Virus record (IMG/VR): IMGVR_UViG_3300048588_000136
Span: 25,358-89,357 of that record
DNA: 64,000 nucleotides
Reading direction: 5' to 3' (one strand)
Source: a virus
The translations under genes were made by a program, and so were the position numbers. Below, in pieces: positions 16,965 through 27,700 of this stretch (position 1 is its first letter; every line of letters begins with the position of its first letter). The notes under the pieces were generated by a model that was given only the letters and a program-made list of their open reading frames with translations, searched no databases and was not told where the DNA came from.

Positions 16965-17165
16965 TTACTTTTTACTATTTTTCCTGCGCTGGTTATGCCA
17001 TTCCGCTATGCGATCTACATCCTCTCGTTTCCATACCCATGAATTGCCTATTTTACATGGGGCGAGATCTGGATGACGACGTAGGATAACACGCATGTAT
17101 GACGGAGCAAGACCCAGCATATTCGCTACTTCGGCAGAACTGTAAATAGATTTCTCTCCATCCAA
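16965..17165 (-). CDS. MerR/Xis-like HTH protein (paralog of 59300-59494)
   Basis: IYSSAEVANMLGL...KIGNSWVW; TTG start after GAGGAGG. Confidence 0.8.
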   Translation of the reverse strand: MDGEKSIYSSAEVANMLGLAPSYMRVILRRHPDLAPCKIGNSWVWKREDVDRIAEWHNQRRKNSKK

Positions 17166-17183
17166 AGTCACCTCCTCAGCAAT

Positions 17184-17237
17184 TGACACTGTATCGTTTC
17201 CATGCATTATTCTAGCACAGAAACCATAGCGTGTCAA
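17184..17237 (-). promoter_or_regulatory. Promoter TTGACA-17-TAGAAT with two TGACAC-N6-GTNTCA-like operators
   Basis: Read directly; same design as 59231-59286. Confidence 0.75.
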
Positions 17238-17291
17238 TGGGCAATCCGTGACATATTATACGTCTTTGCGGTATGGACAGGAATAACCCAC

Positions 17292-17400
17292 TATACAAAA
17301 ATGTAATTTTGTGCTATACTTTCCGTAGCGAATTTAATACTTAAGCGCCTAGAGCGCCCACACCGAACGCCAGGAGCGTCCAGTGATGGGCGCTTTTTTA
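17292..17400 (+). promoter_or_regulatory. Late promoter 2 with leader and terminator/attenuator
   Basis: TATACA-17-TATACT; TTAATACTTAA motif; GAGCGTCCA-GTGA-TGGGCGCTT followed by Ts. Confidence 0.65.
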
Positions 17401-17649
17401 TTTCCCGGTCAATGGGTTACGTGGTGGGGATGGGAGCGTTTGCGTCATCTGCTGTTGTTCTGCGAGTCGTCGTGCGGCGTCTTGGTTGGCGATGACCTGC
17501 TGGAGTTCAATCTGTTTTCTGAGCAGGTCAATAATTTCGTTGATACGAAAATACCAGAGTATTACCTCTCTGATTAAGTAGAAGACGAGTCCAATCGCTA
17601 CCGAGCCGACTACCAGGATGACTAATATACCCGACCAATCTGGAGACAT
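17398..17649 (-). CDS. Single-pass membrane protein (moron)
   Basis: N-terminal TM, IREVILWYFRINEIIDLL, coiled coil. Confidence 0.65.
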   Translation of the reverse strand: MSPDWSGILVILVVGSVAIGLVFYLIREVILWYFRINEIIDLLRKQIELQQVIANQDAARRLAEQQQMTQTLPSPPRNPLTGK

Positions 17650-17720
17650 GTGTTTTCCTTTCTAAGATGTAGGATACGCCAGTTTAACAGCATTTACTTT
17701 TTGTTAATTGAGTGTAACGA

Positions 17721-20700
17721 ATGCCTGACAAGAATTTAACGTACAAGATAATTATAGACACAAGCCAAGCGAAAACGCAAGCGCAATCCATACGCTCTGT
17801 GTTTGAGGCTGAATTGAAGCAGATCAGTGTCGGTAAGCTCGACACAACCGGCGTAAAAACAGCGGTCGATCAGGTCAAGGCGCTTTCTGCCGAGTTTGAA
17901 AAAGCTGTCAAATCCGGTGACATGGGACAGATTGACACGTCGGGCATTACCAGGGCCATAACCGAGGCGAGTCAGTTGCAGCTTGCTTTTGAAAAAGCAG
18001 CAGGCGCCGCCAACAACATCAAGATGCCAAGTGGCGGCGGTCCTGGTAGCGGCAATATATCTGCTATCATCGGTCAGGTGGTGCCAGGTGGATTAGGGAC
18101 ATTGGGCGGCGCCTTTGCCGGTGGATTTACTGCAACAGCGGTTATCGCAGGACTAAAGGAACTAGGGCAAGAATTAGACGCTGTTGCGCGGCGCGGCGCA
18201 GTTATGACACAGTTACGAGATGTGTTAGAGAGTTACACCAAATCTGTCGGCACAAATACCGATGCTATGATTGGTGCCGCCAAAAAAGCGTCTGCCGGAA
18301 CTATTGCTGAATATGAATTAATCCTCAACGCGAACCGGGCGCTGCAATTCGAGGTCGCCAAAACCCCACAGCAATTTGCTCAGTTGGTTGAATTATCCAC
18401 AGCGTTAGGGCGCGCCCAAGGCATTAGCGATACGCAAGCGCTAGAGTATCTGACCACTGGCCTAGCACGCGAGTCTCGATTAATTTTGGACAACTTGGGC
18501 TTGATCATCAATGTCTCCAAAGCAAACGAAGATTATGCTAAGTCAATAGGTAAGACGGCGGATCAACTTACCACGGCTGAGCGCAAGCAAGCGTTGTTAG
18601 CGGAAGCATACAACCAAGGCGCTGTCGCGATTGAGGCGAATCGGCAAGCTTTTGATAGTGCAGCGACACAATATGAACGATTTGATGCAAATGCGCAAAA
18701 CCTGAAAGATTCACTTGGAGAATTGGCATCACGTATTCTCTCCATGCCTGTCGCAAAAGCTGCTGGAGCACTTCAGGAGTATAACGAAAAATATTTCAAA
18801 GGCGGGGTATCTGACGATACACTTTTGCGCCGTCGTGCTGAACTACAAGCAGAAATAGCCAAGATAGAAGCAAATGGCGGTCAATCCAATGTGCTAGGTA
18901 TGCAGTTCGATGACGACCTAATTGGGCGCGCCGAACGGTACAGGGATGCCATTGCTGAGATTGACATTTTATTACGTGCAATGAAATCTGACGAGCCGAA
19001 TCCCATTACTGGGCCAAGCCTCGAAGATTTTACGCAAGGACAATCAACTAAAAAATTAACTTTCAGTCCATCGGAATTATCGGCAACTGATCTTATTGCC
19101 GCAGAAAGCGAAAAGATAGAAGCCGCGCTACTCGCTCGCGCTAAGCAAGCCGTAGCAACAATGGGTGCTGACAGTATTGCATCCGTGACAGCGCAAATGG
19201 AATCTGTACGATCTCAAATGAACGCTGCCATCGATGACATGATAGAACGGGGATTGAGTGATCCACAACAAATTTCCTTCGAGAGTACGGCTCTCCAGGA
19301 ATCACTACTTGCCGCCTTCGATGTCGTCAATCAAGTCGATTTCAGTGCGTTTAGTGGCGCATTCGCAGGGCTTAACCAAAGCTTTGGTGATTTTCTCCCC
19401 GCTGTTGCATCGGCTCGTGAAGAGTTAGCGGCGCTATCAGAAGAGATTGCATTCACCGGCAGCATGACGGCAGAGCAGGCCGCGCAGTTTGATTACCTGG
19501 CTTCTATTGCCTACAGTGTTGGCGACGCAGGGTCGCAGCTAAATGGCGTTGTCAACGAGCTTGGCGGCGCCTTCTTGGAGTCAAACAGCTACGCCGCCGC
19601 ATTGGTCGAACAATTATTCCTCGCTGAAGCCGCCTTCCGTAATGGGCAGATTTCAGCCGGCACCTATGCTGGCATGACGGCGGCGCTAACCGGCAACTTG
19701 TTAACGCTTGCCCAAGGTGCCGGCATTGCCACAAGCGCTATATGGCAACTTAATCAAGCACAGGCGGACATGAGCAACCTGCCGGGGTACGCTGCGGGGC
19801 AGCAGGTCGGTGGCAGCATTTCGCAGCGCATAGCCACACAGCAAGCGGCCAGTGGTCGTGAGCAGAACCGGCGCGAAATGGAGCGTTACAATGCAGCGGT
19901 TGCGCGGCAGCAGGAATCGTCGGCGCGGCGTGCGGGCAAGGCGTTGGAGGACGGCGCAAAAAAGGCCAGCCAGGAACTAAAATCGGCTCTTGACAAAGTG
20001 CCGGGTCTGTTCGGTACAACGCAGGTCACTGAACAGGACATGAAAGACGCTGAACTTGGTGTCTACCAGGAAAAGGCTGACGAATACCTGCGGCGCCTAC
20101 GTGACGAGGTGGTCAACGGCAAACAGTGGGAGGATGTGTCAATCGAGGAGGCGCGTGCGGGGCTGGAACGAGCCGGGCTAGAGGTTGGCAACACGGCAGA
20201 GCAAACATTGTCGCTTCTCGAAAAAGCCATGAACGACAGTTCGCTGTACTCTGCCGCCGAGAACATCCCCATTTTCATCAATGAGGAAGCGGTTAAGTAT
20301 GCGCAAGATTTGCAAGCCAAAAGCGAGCAAGGCCGCAAGAATATCTATGAATATTTCGGCGTGGTTGTTGATGATGCCACGAGCGCTGCGACCGGTGGTG
20401 GTGGTGCGGCTCCCGCGCCCGTGGCGCCGCCGAAGCTTGTCGATATCGACCCGCTAACCGAGGGCTTGCAAACCGGGCTTGACGAGTATGTGAACGCCAA
20501 CGGGCAAGTCATCAAGGAGCAAGTGGCTAACGCAAAAGCGCTGTTCTTTGACCCGGCCCAACTGTTTGGCACAGGCGGTAAAACAAACGGCATGGGGCCG
20601 ATGACCAATCCGGCTGTTACTGTCACCGCTGATCCCACGGCGCAAGCGCTGGTGCCGTACATTACCGGCCAGCAGCAGGCGACTATCCAGATGCAGGCGA

Positions 20701-21743
20701 CCAGCACCGCATTTGGCCCGCAGCCACAGGATACAGCGCCGACATCGGGGGCTGTGGCCCTAGCGCCGACCATTGACGGCGAGGCGTTGCAAACCGAGCT
20801 TGACAAACTGACGCCGACAGTAGGCGTGCAGCTACATGTTACCGTCGAAGAGATCGCGCTGTTCAAGCAAACGATTACCGGTATTATCACGCCGACGGTT
20901 GGCGTCAAGTTGGAAACACCAACGGAGACATTGACCACCTGGGCGACAGGCATAGAGACAAATACACCGTCACCGGCAATTGAGGCACGTATCAACACGA
21001 CGGTTGGCACGCTGTCGGACTGGGTACTGTGGGTAGAAACGAACGCTCCAAAGCCCAATGTTGGTGTCTTGTTGCATACCACCGTCGAGGAAATCGGATT
21101 ATACAAGGACACCATCGGCAGCATCGTGAAGCCGACTGTCGAGGTGGGGCTGACGCTGGGCCAGTCTGAGCAAAGTGTTAGCGCTCAGTTGGCGACAGCC
21201 ATCACCGCCGACGTTGCCACCAACGCCAACATGTTCACTACACCTGGCATTGTAGTAGCGCAGCTTATCATGGCGGCTATCCTGGACAACATGCAAGGCC
21301 AACAACAGCAGGGACAGGGGGGTGGTGAAGGCGGCGGCGGGCCGGTGGCTATGGCACTAGCAACCAATCTCATGACGCAGTTTGCTACAGCGGCCCCGAT
21401 GTTTACCGCGGCTGGAATTGTGCCAGCGCAGATTGTGGAAGCGGGCTTTAAGGGTCACACCTACACCGGCATGGCCGATAATCTACAGGCGAGTGTCATG
21501 CAGTCAATCTCATCTAAGGCGGGCGATTTCGTGGCGGCGGGTGGCTATATCGGTGGCTGGATTCAGCAGGGGATCAACCAGTCGTTTAACGCCGAAATCA
21601 ACCTGACGTTTGCCACCAACGCCGGGGCAAGCTGGGGAACAGCGTTCATGAAAGGCGCACTCACTGCTATCGGCGGCGGGGCGCTGGTGCAATCCATCAG
21701 TGACAAGGTGATCACGGATTTGGCGACGGAGTTGGAAAAATAA
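17721..21743 (+). CDS. Tape measure protein
   Basis: 1340 aa, Ala-rich; GLARESRLILDNLGL motif; C-terminal ~26-aa PTVGV repeats. Confidence 0.92.
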   Translation: MPDKNLTYKIIIDTSQAKTQAQSIRSVFEAELKQISVGKLDTTGVKTAVDQVKALSAEFEKAVKSGDMGQIDTSGITRAITEASQLQLAFEKAAGAANNIKMPSGGGPGSGNISAIIGQVVPGGLGTLGGAFAGGFTATAVIAGLKELGQELDAVARRGAVMTQLRDVLESYTKSVGTNTDAMIGAAKKASAGTIAEYELILNANRALQFEVAKTPQQFAQLVELSTALGRAQGISDTQALEYLTTGLARESRLILDNLGLIINVSKANEDYAKSIGKTADQLTTAERKQALLAEAYNQGAVAIEANRQAFDSAATQYERFDANAQNLKDSLGELASRILSMPVAKAAGALQEYNEKYFKGGVSDDTLLRRRAELQAEIAKIEANGGQSNVLGMQFDDDLIGRAERYRDAIAEIDILLRAMKSDEPNPITGPSLEDFTQGQSTKKLTFSPSELSATDLIAAESEKIEAALLARAKQAVATMGADSIASVTAQMESVRSQMNAAIDDMIERGLSDPQQISFESTALQESLLAAFDVVNQVDFSAFSGAFAGLNQSFGDFLPAVASAREELAALSEEIAFTGSMTAEQAAQFDYLASIAYSVGDAGSQLNGVVNELGGAFLESNSYAAALVEQLFLAEAAFRNGQISAGTYAGMTAALTGNLLTLAQGAGIATSAIWQLNQAQADMSNLPGYAAGQQVGGSISQRIATQQAASGREQNRREMERYNAAVARQQESSARRAGKALEDGAKKASQELKSALDKVPGLFGTTQVTEQDMKDAELGVYQEKADEYLRRLRDEVVNGKQWEDVSIEEARAGLERAGLEVGNTAEQTLSLLEKAMNDSSLYSAAENIPIFINEEAVKYAQDLQAKSEQGRKNIYEYFGVVVDDATSAATGGGGAAPAPVAPPKLVDIDPLTEGLQTGLDEYVNANGQVIKEQVANAKALFFDPAQLFGTGGKTNGMGPMTNPAVTVTADPTAQALVPYITGQQQATIQMQATSTAFGPQPQDTAPTSGAVALAPTIDGEALQTELDKLTPTVGVQLHVTVEEIALFKQTITGIITPTVGVKLETPTETLTTWATGIETNTPSPAIEARINTTVGTLSDWVLWVETNAPKPNVGVLLHTTVEEIGLYKDTIGSIVKPTVEVGLTLGQSEQSVSAQLATAITADVATNANMFTTPGIVVAQLIMAAILDNMQGQQQQGQGGGEGGGGPVAMALATNLMTQFATAAPMFTAAGIVPAQIVEAGFKGHTYTGMADNLQASVMQSISSKAGDFVAAGGYIGGWIQQGINQSFNAEINLTFATNAGASWGTAFMKGALTAIGGGALVQSISDKVITDLATELEK

Positions 21744-21746
21744 CAC

Positions 21747-22097
21747 ATGGCAATGAGTTTAGGCGGTACAACCATATCAAGCACTATCGAAAATGGTGGC
21801 GGCAAATACGCATTCAAGCGCGAACGCCTGCGCACGAATGGCGACGGCGAAGCAGTGATGGCCAACTACTACACGCTGACGTGGACATTTGAGCAGATGT
21901 CACTGACGGATTTTACCTGGATACGATCCACACTGATGAGCGGAGCGGGCAGCGTGAAGTATAGCAGCGCATCACTGTATAACGATTTGGGCGTATTGAC
22001 GAGTTACACCAACGCTGTGGCGTATGAGCCGGTCTGGGACACGGCTAGCGGGGGACAGGTGTTCGGCGTGACTTGGATCATAGATAGGATTCGGTAA
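21747..22097 (+). CDS. Distal tail protein (putative)
   Basis: Directly after the TMP; small and beta-rich. Confidence 0.55.
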   Translation: MAMSLGGTTISSTIENGGGKYAFKRERLRTNGDGEAVMANYYTLTWTFEQMSLTDFTWIRSTLMSGAGSVKYSSASLYNDLGVLTSYTNAVAYEPVWDTASGGQVFGVTWIIDRIR

Positions 22098-24784
22098 TGT
22101 CAGCCATAACCTTACCTGATGTCAATTTCCGTGTCTACATCGGTCCCTACCATCTCCATTACGATTGGAGCGATCTTGACTTTGGCGCGTCCTTCTCGCT
22201 TGGTTCTGCCACAACCACAAGTGGGCAGATTAGCGGCGCAACGTCGCTAGCCATTGCTAGCGCCACCGGCTATGGCACAGCGGGTGGCGTGTGGGTTGGT
22301 CCAAACGGCAGCGGGCAGGCGTGGGAGTACGAGCAGTTTACCGCACGCTCTAGCACGACCTTGACCGTGGTGCGTGAGTCCACGACCGACCGCGAGCATA
22401 ACGGCATCCACAGCAACGGCGCATCGGTGTATCAATTTTATCCGGTTACGACCAACGACGGCCAACTAACCATCACCGAAGAAGCTGATGACAACGTATC
22501 GACCATCACCTGGCGTGCCACCATTAGCGGTGTGCGGGCGCCGCAACACGTCCTGCGCAACGGGCATATTGTGGTGGTCACCACGTCAAGCAATGGCGGT
22601 AGCTACACCATCGCCCTGGTGGGCTTTGTCGATTCACCGACCATCAGTGACGACTACAGAAACAATGCGGAGTGGACGCTGAACATTGTGTCATCGGCAC
22701 AGATCGTCGGTGAGGTCGAAGCGCGCGGTGTGCGGGTTGGTGATGCAGACCTGGCAGACGCTGGCACGGCTAGCGCTGTGCAGGAATTGGTGTTGCCGTA
22801 CGATGAGCGCTACAGCGGCGACTTTACACAGGCGAGTCCTGACCTGTCGGCATCATCAGCTATTGACAACAACCTGAACACGCTGTGGATTGCCGAACAC
22901 TTTACCGGCACCGACTATTGGACCAATGCGGGATTTGCTATCAACAGCGATCCCGAAAACGGCGACGATCTAGCCTTTGCTCACCTCTATGTAAATCCGC
23001 CGCCGGCGGCCGGTGCTGGCGCTCGCTTTATTGAATTGCGAGTGCGTACCAGCACCTACGTGCGTGGCTATGCCCTGTATGCAGCCAACGGCGGCAGCGG
23101 CGCCGAGTCGTGGTTATTTAACGGACCCGGTGACGTGGAAGATGGGGGCAGCATTTTTCTGGTAGAAGATGAAGAGGTGTTCGCCCGGCTCAACCCGTTG
23201 GCGCAGTCTGCAGCTATCTACGAAAACAGAACATTTTTCACCAATGCCATCACTGCCGCCGGCGGTGAATTGTGGCTGCGGATTGGCGAACTTAACTCAT
23301 GGCGCAATCGCGTGCGATGGGGAACCGGCAACGGCTACATCAACCACGAGGACGCGCCAAGTCGGTCATGGTCAGGGGCAACGGTCACGGCGCCGAGTGT
23401 CGGCCAAACCATGCGCTACATCTGGACCAACACCAGCACTACGGCAGCGAATCACTGGCTGACTGACTACGTGCGCCATGCTGGCTATAACATCGACAAC
23501 GATGACCCGATGTGGATTATGACCACATTGCCGGGGCTGGGGCTAAAACTGGCGATGGACATGACCAGCAGCTACCCTGGCAACGGGCAGATTTTATTTA
23601 TCAATGGACCAGACGACAAATATAGCACGGATGGACTGCCAAGTAGCGGCACACTGTTCGTCGGGGATGAAAAAATCAGCTACAGTAGCAAGACCGACCA
23701 ATATATCGTTGTGTCTGCCCGCGGCGCTAGTAGTACCACAGCAAGCGCTCACAGCGAGGACGATGAGGTTTACATCATGGATGGCAGCGTGCCAACCGAC
23801 GCCTACCTGATTAGCGGCGTTGGTTGGACTCGTGGTGGCACCATTTACCCAAAGTCATTCAAATTGTACACGACAAACATCGTGGACAATGTTCGCACGC
23901 CTGACAATGATGACTACCTGAATGATTGGACGTTGCGTGATACGGTGACCGCCAACCTAGCAAACAACTATTTCAAGGTGCTAAGCAGCACGCGTGTCAA
24001 GCATGTACTGTTTGAAATTTTCTTTATGACGACGGACCCGGCGCGCCCACGGCTTAACGAAATCAGCGCCATCGTGGACCCGACTTACCACAACCCCAAT
24101 CTGTGGTTAGCGGCTGACACGAGCACTGGCACGTTGATTGCGCAGATACTCACCAACGCAGGCATCTGGGCAGGTGCCATCAGTCACAGTGGTACGGCTA
24201 CCGTCGCCGAGGCCACCACAGCCGATGATAACGCATGGACAGTTGTGGCAGATCTGGCGGAGTATACCGGCGTGCGGGTGACGGTGCAGCGTGATAGCAA
24301 ATTCCTGATTGCCAACGATACATTCTGGACTGGCACGCCATCGATTGCAACAACATGGAACCGCACCAGCGCCGCCAGTGTGCAAAAATCGTTCCGCAAG
24401 GTGTCACCTATCTCGCAGATCATTTTGTCGTGGAAGACACCGGACGGCACCGACAGTGGGAAGATTTATTACCCAACCACGGCAGGACGTGGCACGAAGC
24501 TAGAGAAACAGGAGACGCTGTACGCCAACAGCACAGCGGCCACAGCAGCAGCACGACGGCTCTACTATATGCGCCTGTATCCCTTTGAGGTGAGTGTGGA
24601 GGCGTCCGACGTGTCGTCGGACAAACGAGCCGGAGAAGCGCACCAGGTCTACTGGCAATTTACCGACGATATGCAGGCTATGGACCGGCTGTATGTGGTC
24701 ATGAGTGCCGAGCACACCCTGAGTAAAGGCAATTGGTCGTCAACATTTCGGCTAGTTCAATACGGACATGAGAGCAATTTCTAA
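22097..24784 (+). CDS. Tail/baseplate hub protein
   Basis: Position; GTLFVGDEKISY...RG..STTASAH repeat-type domains. Confidence 0.65.
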   Translation: MSAITLPDVNFRVYIGPYHLHYDWSDLDFGASFSLGSATTTSGQISGATSLAIASATGYGTAGGVWVGPNGSGQAWEYEQFTARSSTTLTVVRESTTDREHNGIHSNGASVYQFYPVTTNDGQLTITEEADDNVSTITWRATISGVRAPQHVLRNGHIVVVTTSSNGGSYTIALVGFVDSPTISDDYRNNAEWTLNIVSSAQIVGEVEARGVRVGDADLADAGTASAVQELVLPYDERYSGDFTQASPDLSASSAIDNNLNTLWIAEHFTGTDYWTNAGFAINSDPENGDDLAFAHLYVNPPPAAGAGARFIELRVRTSTYVRGYALYAANGGSGAESWLFNGPGDVEDGGSIFLVEDEEVFARLNPLAQSAAIYENRTFFTNAITAAGGELWLRIGELNSWRNRVRWGTGNGYINHEDAPSRSWSGATVTAPSVGQTMRYIWTNTSTTAANHWLTDYVRHAGYNIDNDDPMWIMTTLPGLGLKLAMDMTSSYPGNGQILFINGPDDKYSTDGLPSSGTLFVGDEKISYSSKTDQYIVVSARGASSTTASAHSEDDEVYIMDGSVPTDAYLISGVGWTRGGTIYPKSFKLYTTNIVDNVRTPDNDDYLNDWTLRDTVTANLANNYFKVLSSTRVKHVLFEIFFMTTDPARPRLNEISAIVDPTYHNPNLWLAADTSTGTLIAQILTNAGIWAGAISHSGTATVAEATTADDNAWTVVADLAEYTGVRVTVQRDSKFLIANDTFWTGTPSIATTWNRTSAASVQKSFRKVSPISQIILSWKTPDGTDSGKIYYPTTAGRGTKLEKQETLYANSTAATAAARRLYYMRLYPFEVSVEASDVSSDKRAGEAHQVYWQFTDDMQAMDRLYVVMSAEHTLSKGNWSSTFRLVQYGHESNF

Positions 24785-27700
24785 TGCCATCAGCTAAATT
24801 TAAGGACGCGGCACGCCGCATTAAAGCTAAACTGAACACTGACTATGAACAGTCCGTGACCGCGCCCACAGCCGGGCCGGTTGGCAGTGGTAAGCTATTC
24901 ATCGGCGGGCAAGTGTTTGACGGTGACATTTCCGGCGTCACGCAAGTCGTCAACGTTGGGCGCCCAGCAGCGGCGCAGTATGCGGCCAAGGTCGGCGGCG
25001 GCACAACGGTCATTAGTAGTGGCGGCAGCACAGCCACAACGGGCGGAACGTCTGCGGATCTGACGACGCTGTATAATGCGTCATACATCACGGTCGAGGA
25101 GGAAGCGCCGTTCCCCAATGCGCGCCAAATCTCCAGCACTAACGCCATCACGATTACGGACAACGGTCCAAGTGGCTTTCTAATTATCGGCATGGCCACA
25201 CCGCCAACACTGTCGGCCACATCCACCAATGATGCCACGACCGGATCGCACGCCATCACAGCCAGCGCTGCGCCTGGGGCTGCGGAGTCATTGCTGAAAT
25301 CGACCAGCGCGGGGCTGCTGACGCTGCCGTTATACACGGCAACCACGAAGGTGACCACGCCATTGATTGACACAGCGAGTGGTAACCTATCCATTGCACC
25401 GGCGAGCAGTATAACCGCCATCACCGGAGCGCTGACTGTTAGCACAAGCGTGCAATCGCCACTGATTACCACTGCCACCGATGTCGATTTGGTCATCAAT
25501 CCTGCCGGCACGGGGGCTGTTCAATTCCCGAATGATCAAACATTACGCACATCATCATTTGATAGCTCGTTTCCGATTACCGGCTGGCAGATTAACGAGG
25601 TTGCTGGCATCAGTGGATATAGTGCGCTGACTATCGGTAAAATCCAAGCCGATGAACTTGCCGTGCGTGTTTTCGTGGCTGACGAAGTGCGCGTGGACCG
25701 CGGTGATGAGTACTGGACGAAGAGCTACGGCATTGTAGCGGAAACATTCACCACGCCATCGGCCATCGGTAGCACAGTGTCCGTTATGTTTGAGGACAGC
25801 CCAGCGTTAGCGGGCGCTATCTTCACTAACAACGACTGGGTACTGATTCGCAAACTCGACATTGACACCGGCATTTCATTGAGCAATATATGGGGCCAGG
25901 TTGCCACATACGTCAACAATAGTGATGGTACGCAAAACTGGACATTTACGCTTCGCAGTGGGCCAACCAGTGAAAGTATTACAAAGGGTAGTCTCGCCAT
26001 CGACTTCGGTGCAACTGGGGCGGCGCTCATCCATCTATCAGTTATCGATGCAGCGGGCGCTCCTTATATCAAAATGCGCAAGTGGAGCGGCGCAAACCCG
26101 TACACGCCGAGCAACTTTACCACCTACGTCCAACTTGGCGAGCTTGGCAGCACCGGCAACAGTTATTACACGCCAAGCGGCTATGGTCTGTATATTCGCT
26201 CCACAGCAAATGAAGACCAGTTCATTGTTGCCGACGATAACGGTTTGCAGATCCGTGGCGCTGACCTGGCACTCTACAACAGCACGACACAAACCATTTT
26301 GATGAACAACGCCGCTGGCGTTAACATTTTGGAGGATGTGTGGGGTAGCTGGGATAATCGACGTGCAATGCAGTGGTGGCCCAACCTCGCCAGCATGACG
26401 GGCGATCCGTCGCTGAGTATGTACACCGGCAAGCATAGCGGCGGCTCATTCCCGAACCAAAACTGGGCCTACATTGACAGCAACCCAACCGGTGGCGTGC
26501 TTGCCAACCTGTCTATCACGGCCCACGGGCAAGGCACAGCAGATGACGCCGGTATTTACATTGAAGGCGGGAGTCAATCACTAGCTTCGCCTGCGACCGT
26601 TGTCATTACCGCTGAAAATATCGACTTGGCCGGCAATGTGGACACAGCGTCATTGTCGGTCGGCGGCATTGCGGTTAGCCTCAGCGGACACACGCACAGC
26701 TACCTGCCGCTATCCGGTGGCATTCTTGGTGGATCGCTAACCGCACAGAACATTACATTTTCGACAGACAGCACCTACGATATTGGCGCTGCTGACAAGC
26801 GTGTGCAAAATTTGTATGCGGTCAATTTGCACGTCAACACTATCGTCGGTACACCTTCGTACAGCCACAACCATGCGGCGAGCGACATCAATAGCGGCAC
26901 GTTGGACGAAGCGCGGATAAACCATACATGGACAGGTGCGCTTACCCTGGACGCCGATGCGTCCGCCGGCAGTAGCAACTATCTGCGCCTGGCGACGCAG
27001 ACCGGATCAAAGTTCTGGGATCTCATCGGGCGTGCTCATGACTATGGTACGTCTGCACAACAAAACGACCTGCTATTGACGTACTATGATGGCTCGTCAA
27101 CCTACATTGTACTTCAGGCGGATAACGCTACCCGTATTGTTGACTTCCTCAATACTCCAACTGTTGGTGGTACGGCCGTCAGCCTCAGTGGACATACGCA
27201 TACAGTATCAGCGCGAGATCTAACGAGTAGCAATAGGTATTATCCAGAAAATTATAGCAACAACGTCCAGTCTGCCATCGACGCGGCGGCGTCAACCGGC
27301 GGCACGGTTGTACTGTCGGGGTTCTACTCAATATCCGCAGCGCTGTCGATGAAGAGTAACGTGACAATTGAGGGGATTGGGTGGGACAAATCTGGCATTA
27401 ACACGACTGGGAATATTGACGCCATCGTTTTTGATGGGCCTGCCTACAAACGCAGTATGACGCTGCGTAATTTTAAAATCAATCTGGGAAGTTCCACCGG
27501 TCATCATATCCACTTTACAGCCTATGAACCGTGGGCTGTTACTGTCGAGGACATGCAGCTAACCGGCGGCACAAATTCGTTTATCAAGGTTGACACTGAT
27601 GTAAATCCGTTCGAGGTGACGATCCAACGGGTTCGATTGGATAGCTCGACGCTGACAAATCCTGCAATTGATTGGCTGGGTGGTGGGTCCGGTTGTACGA

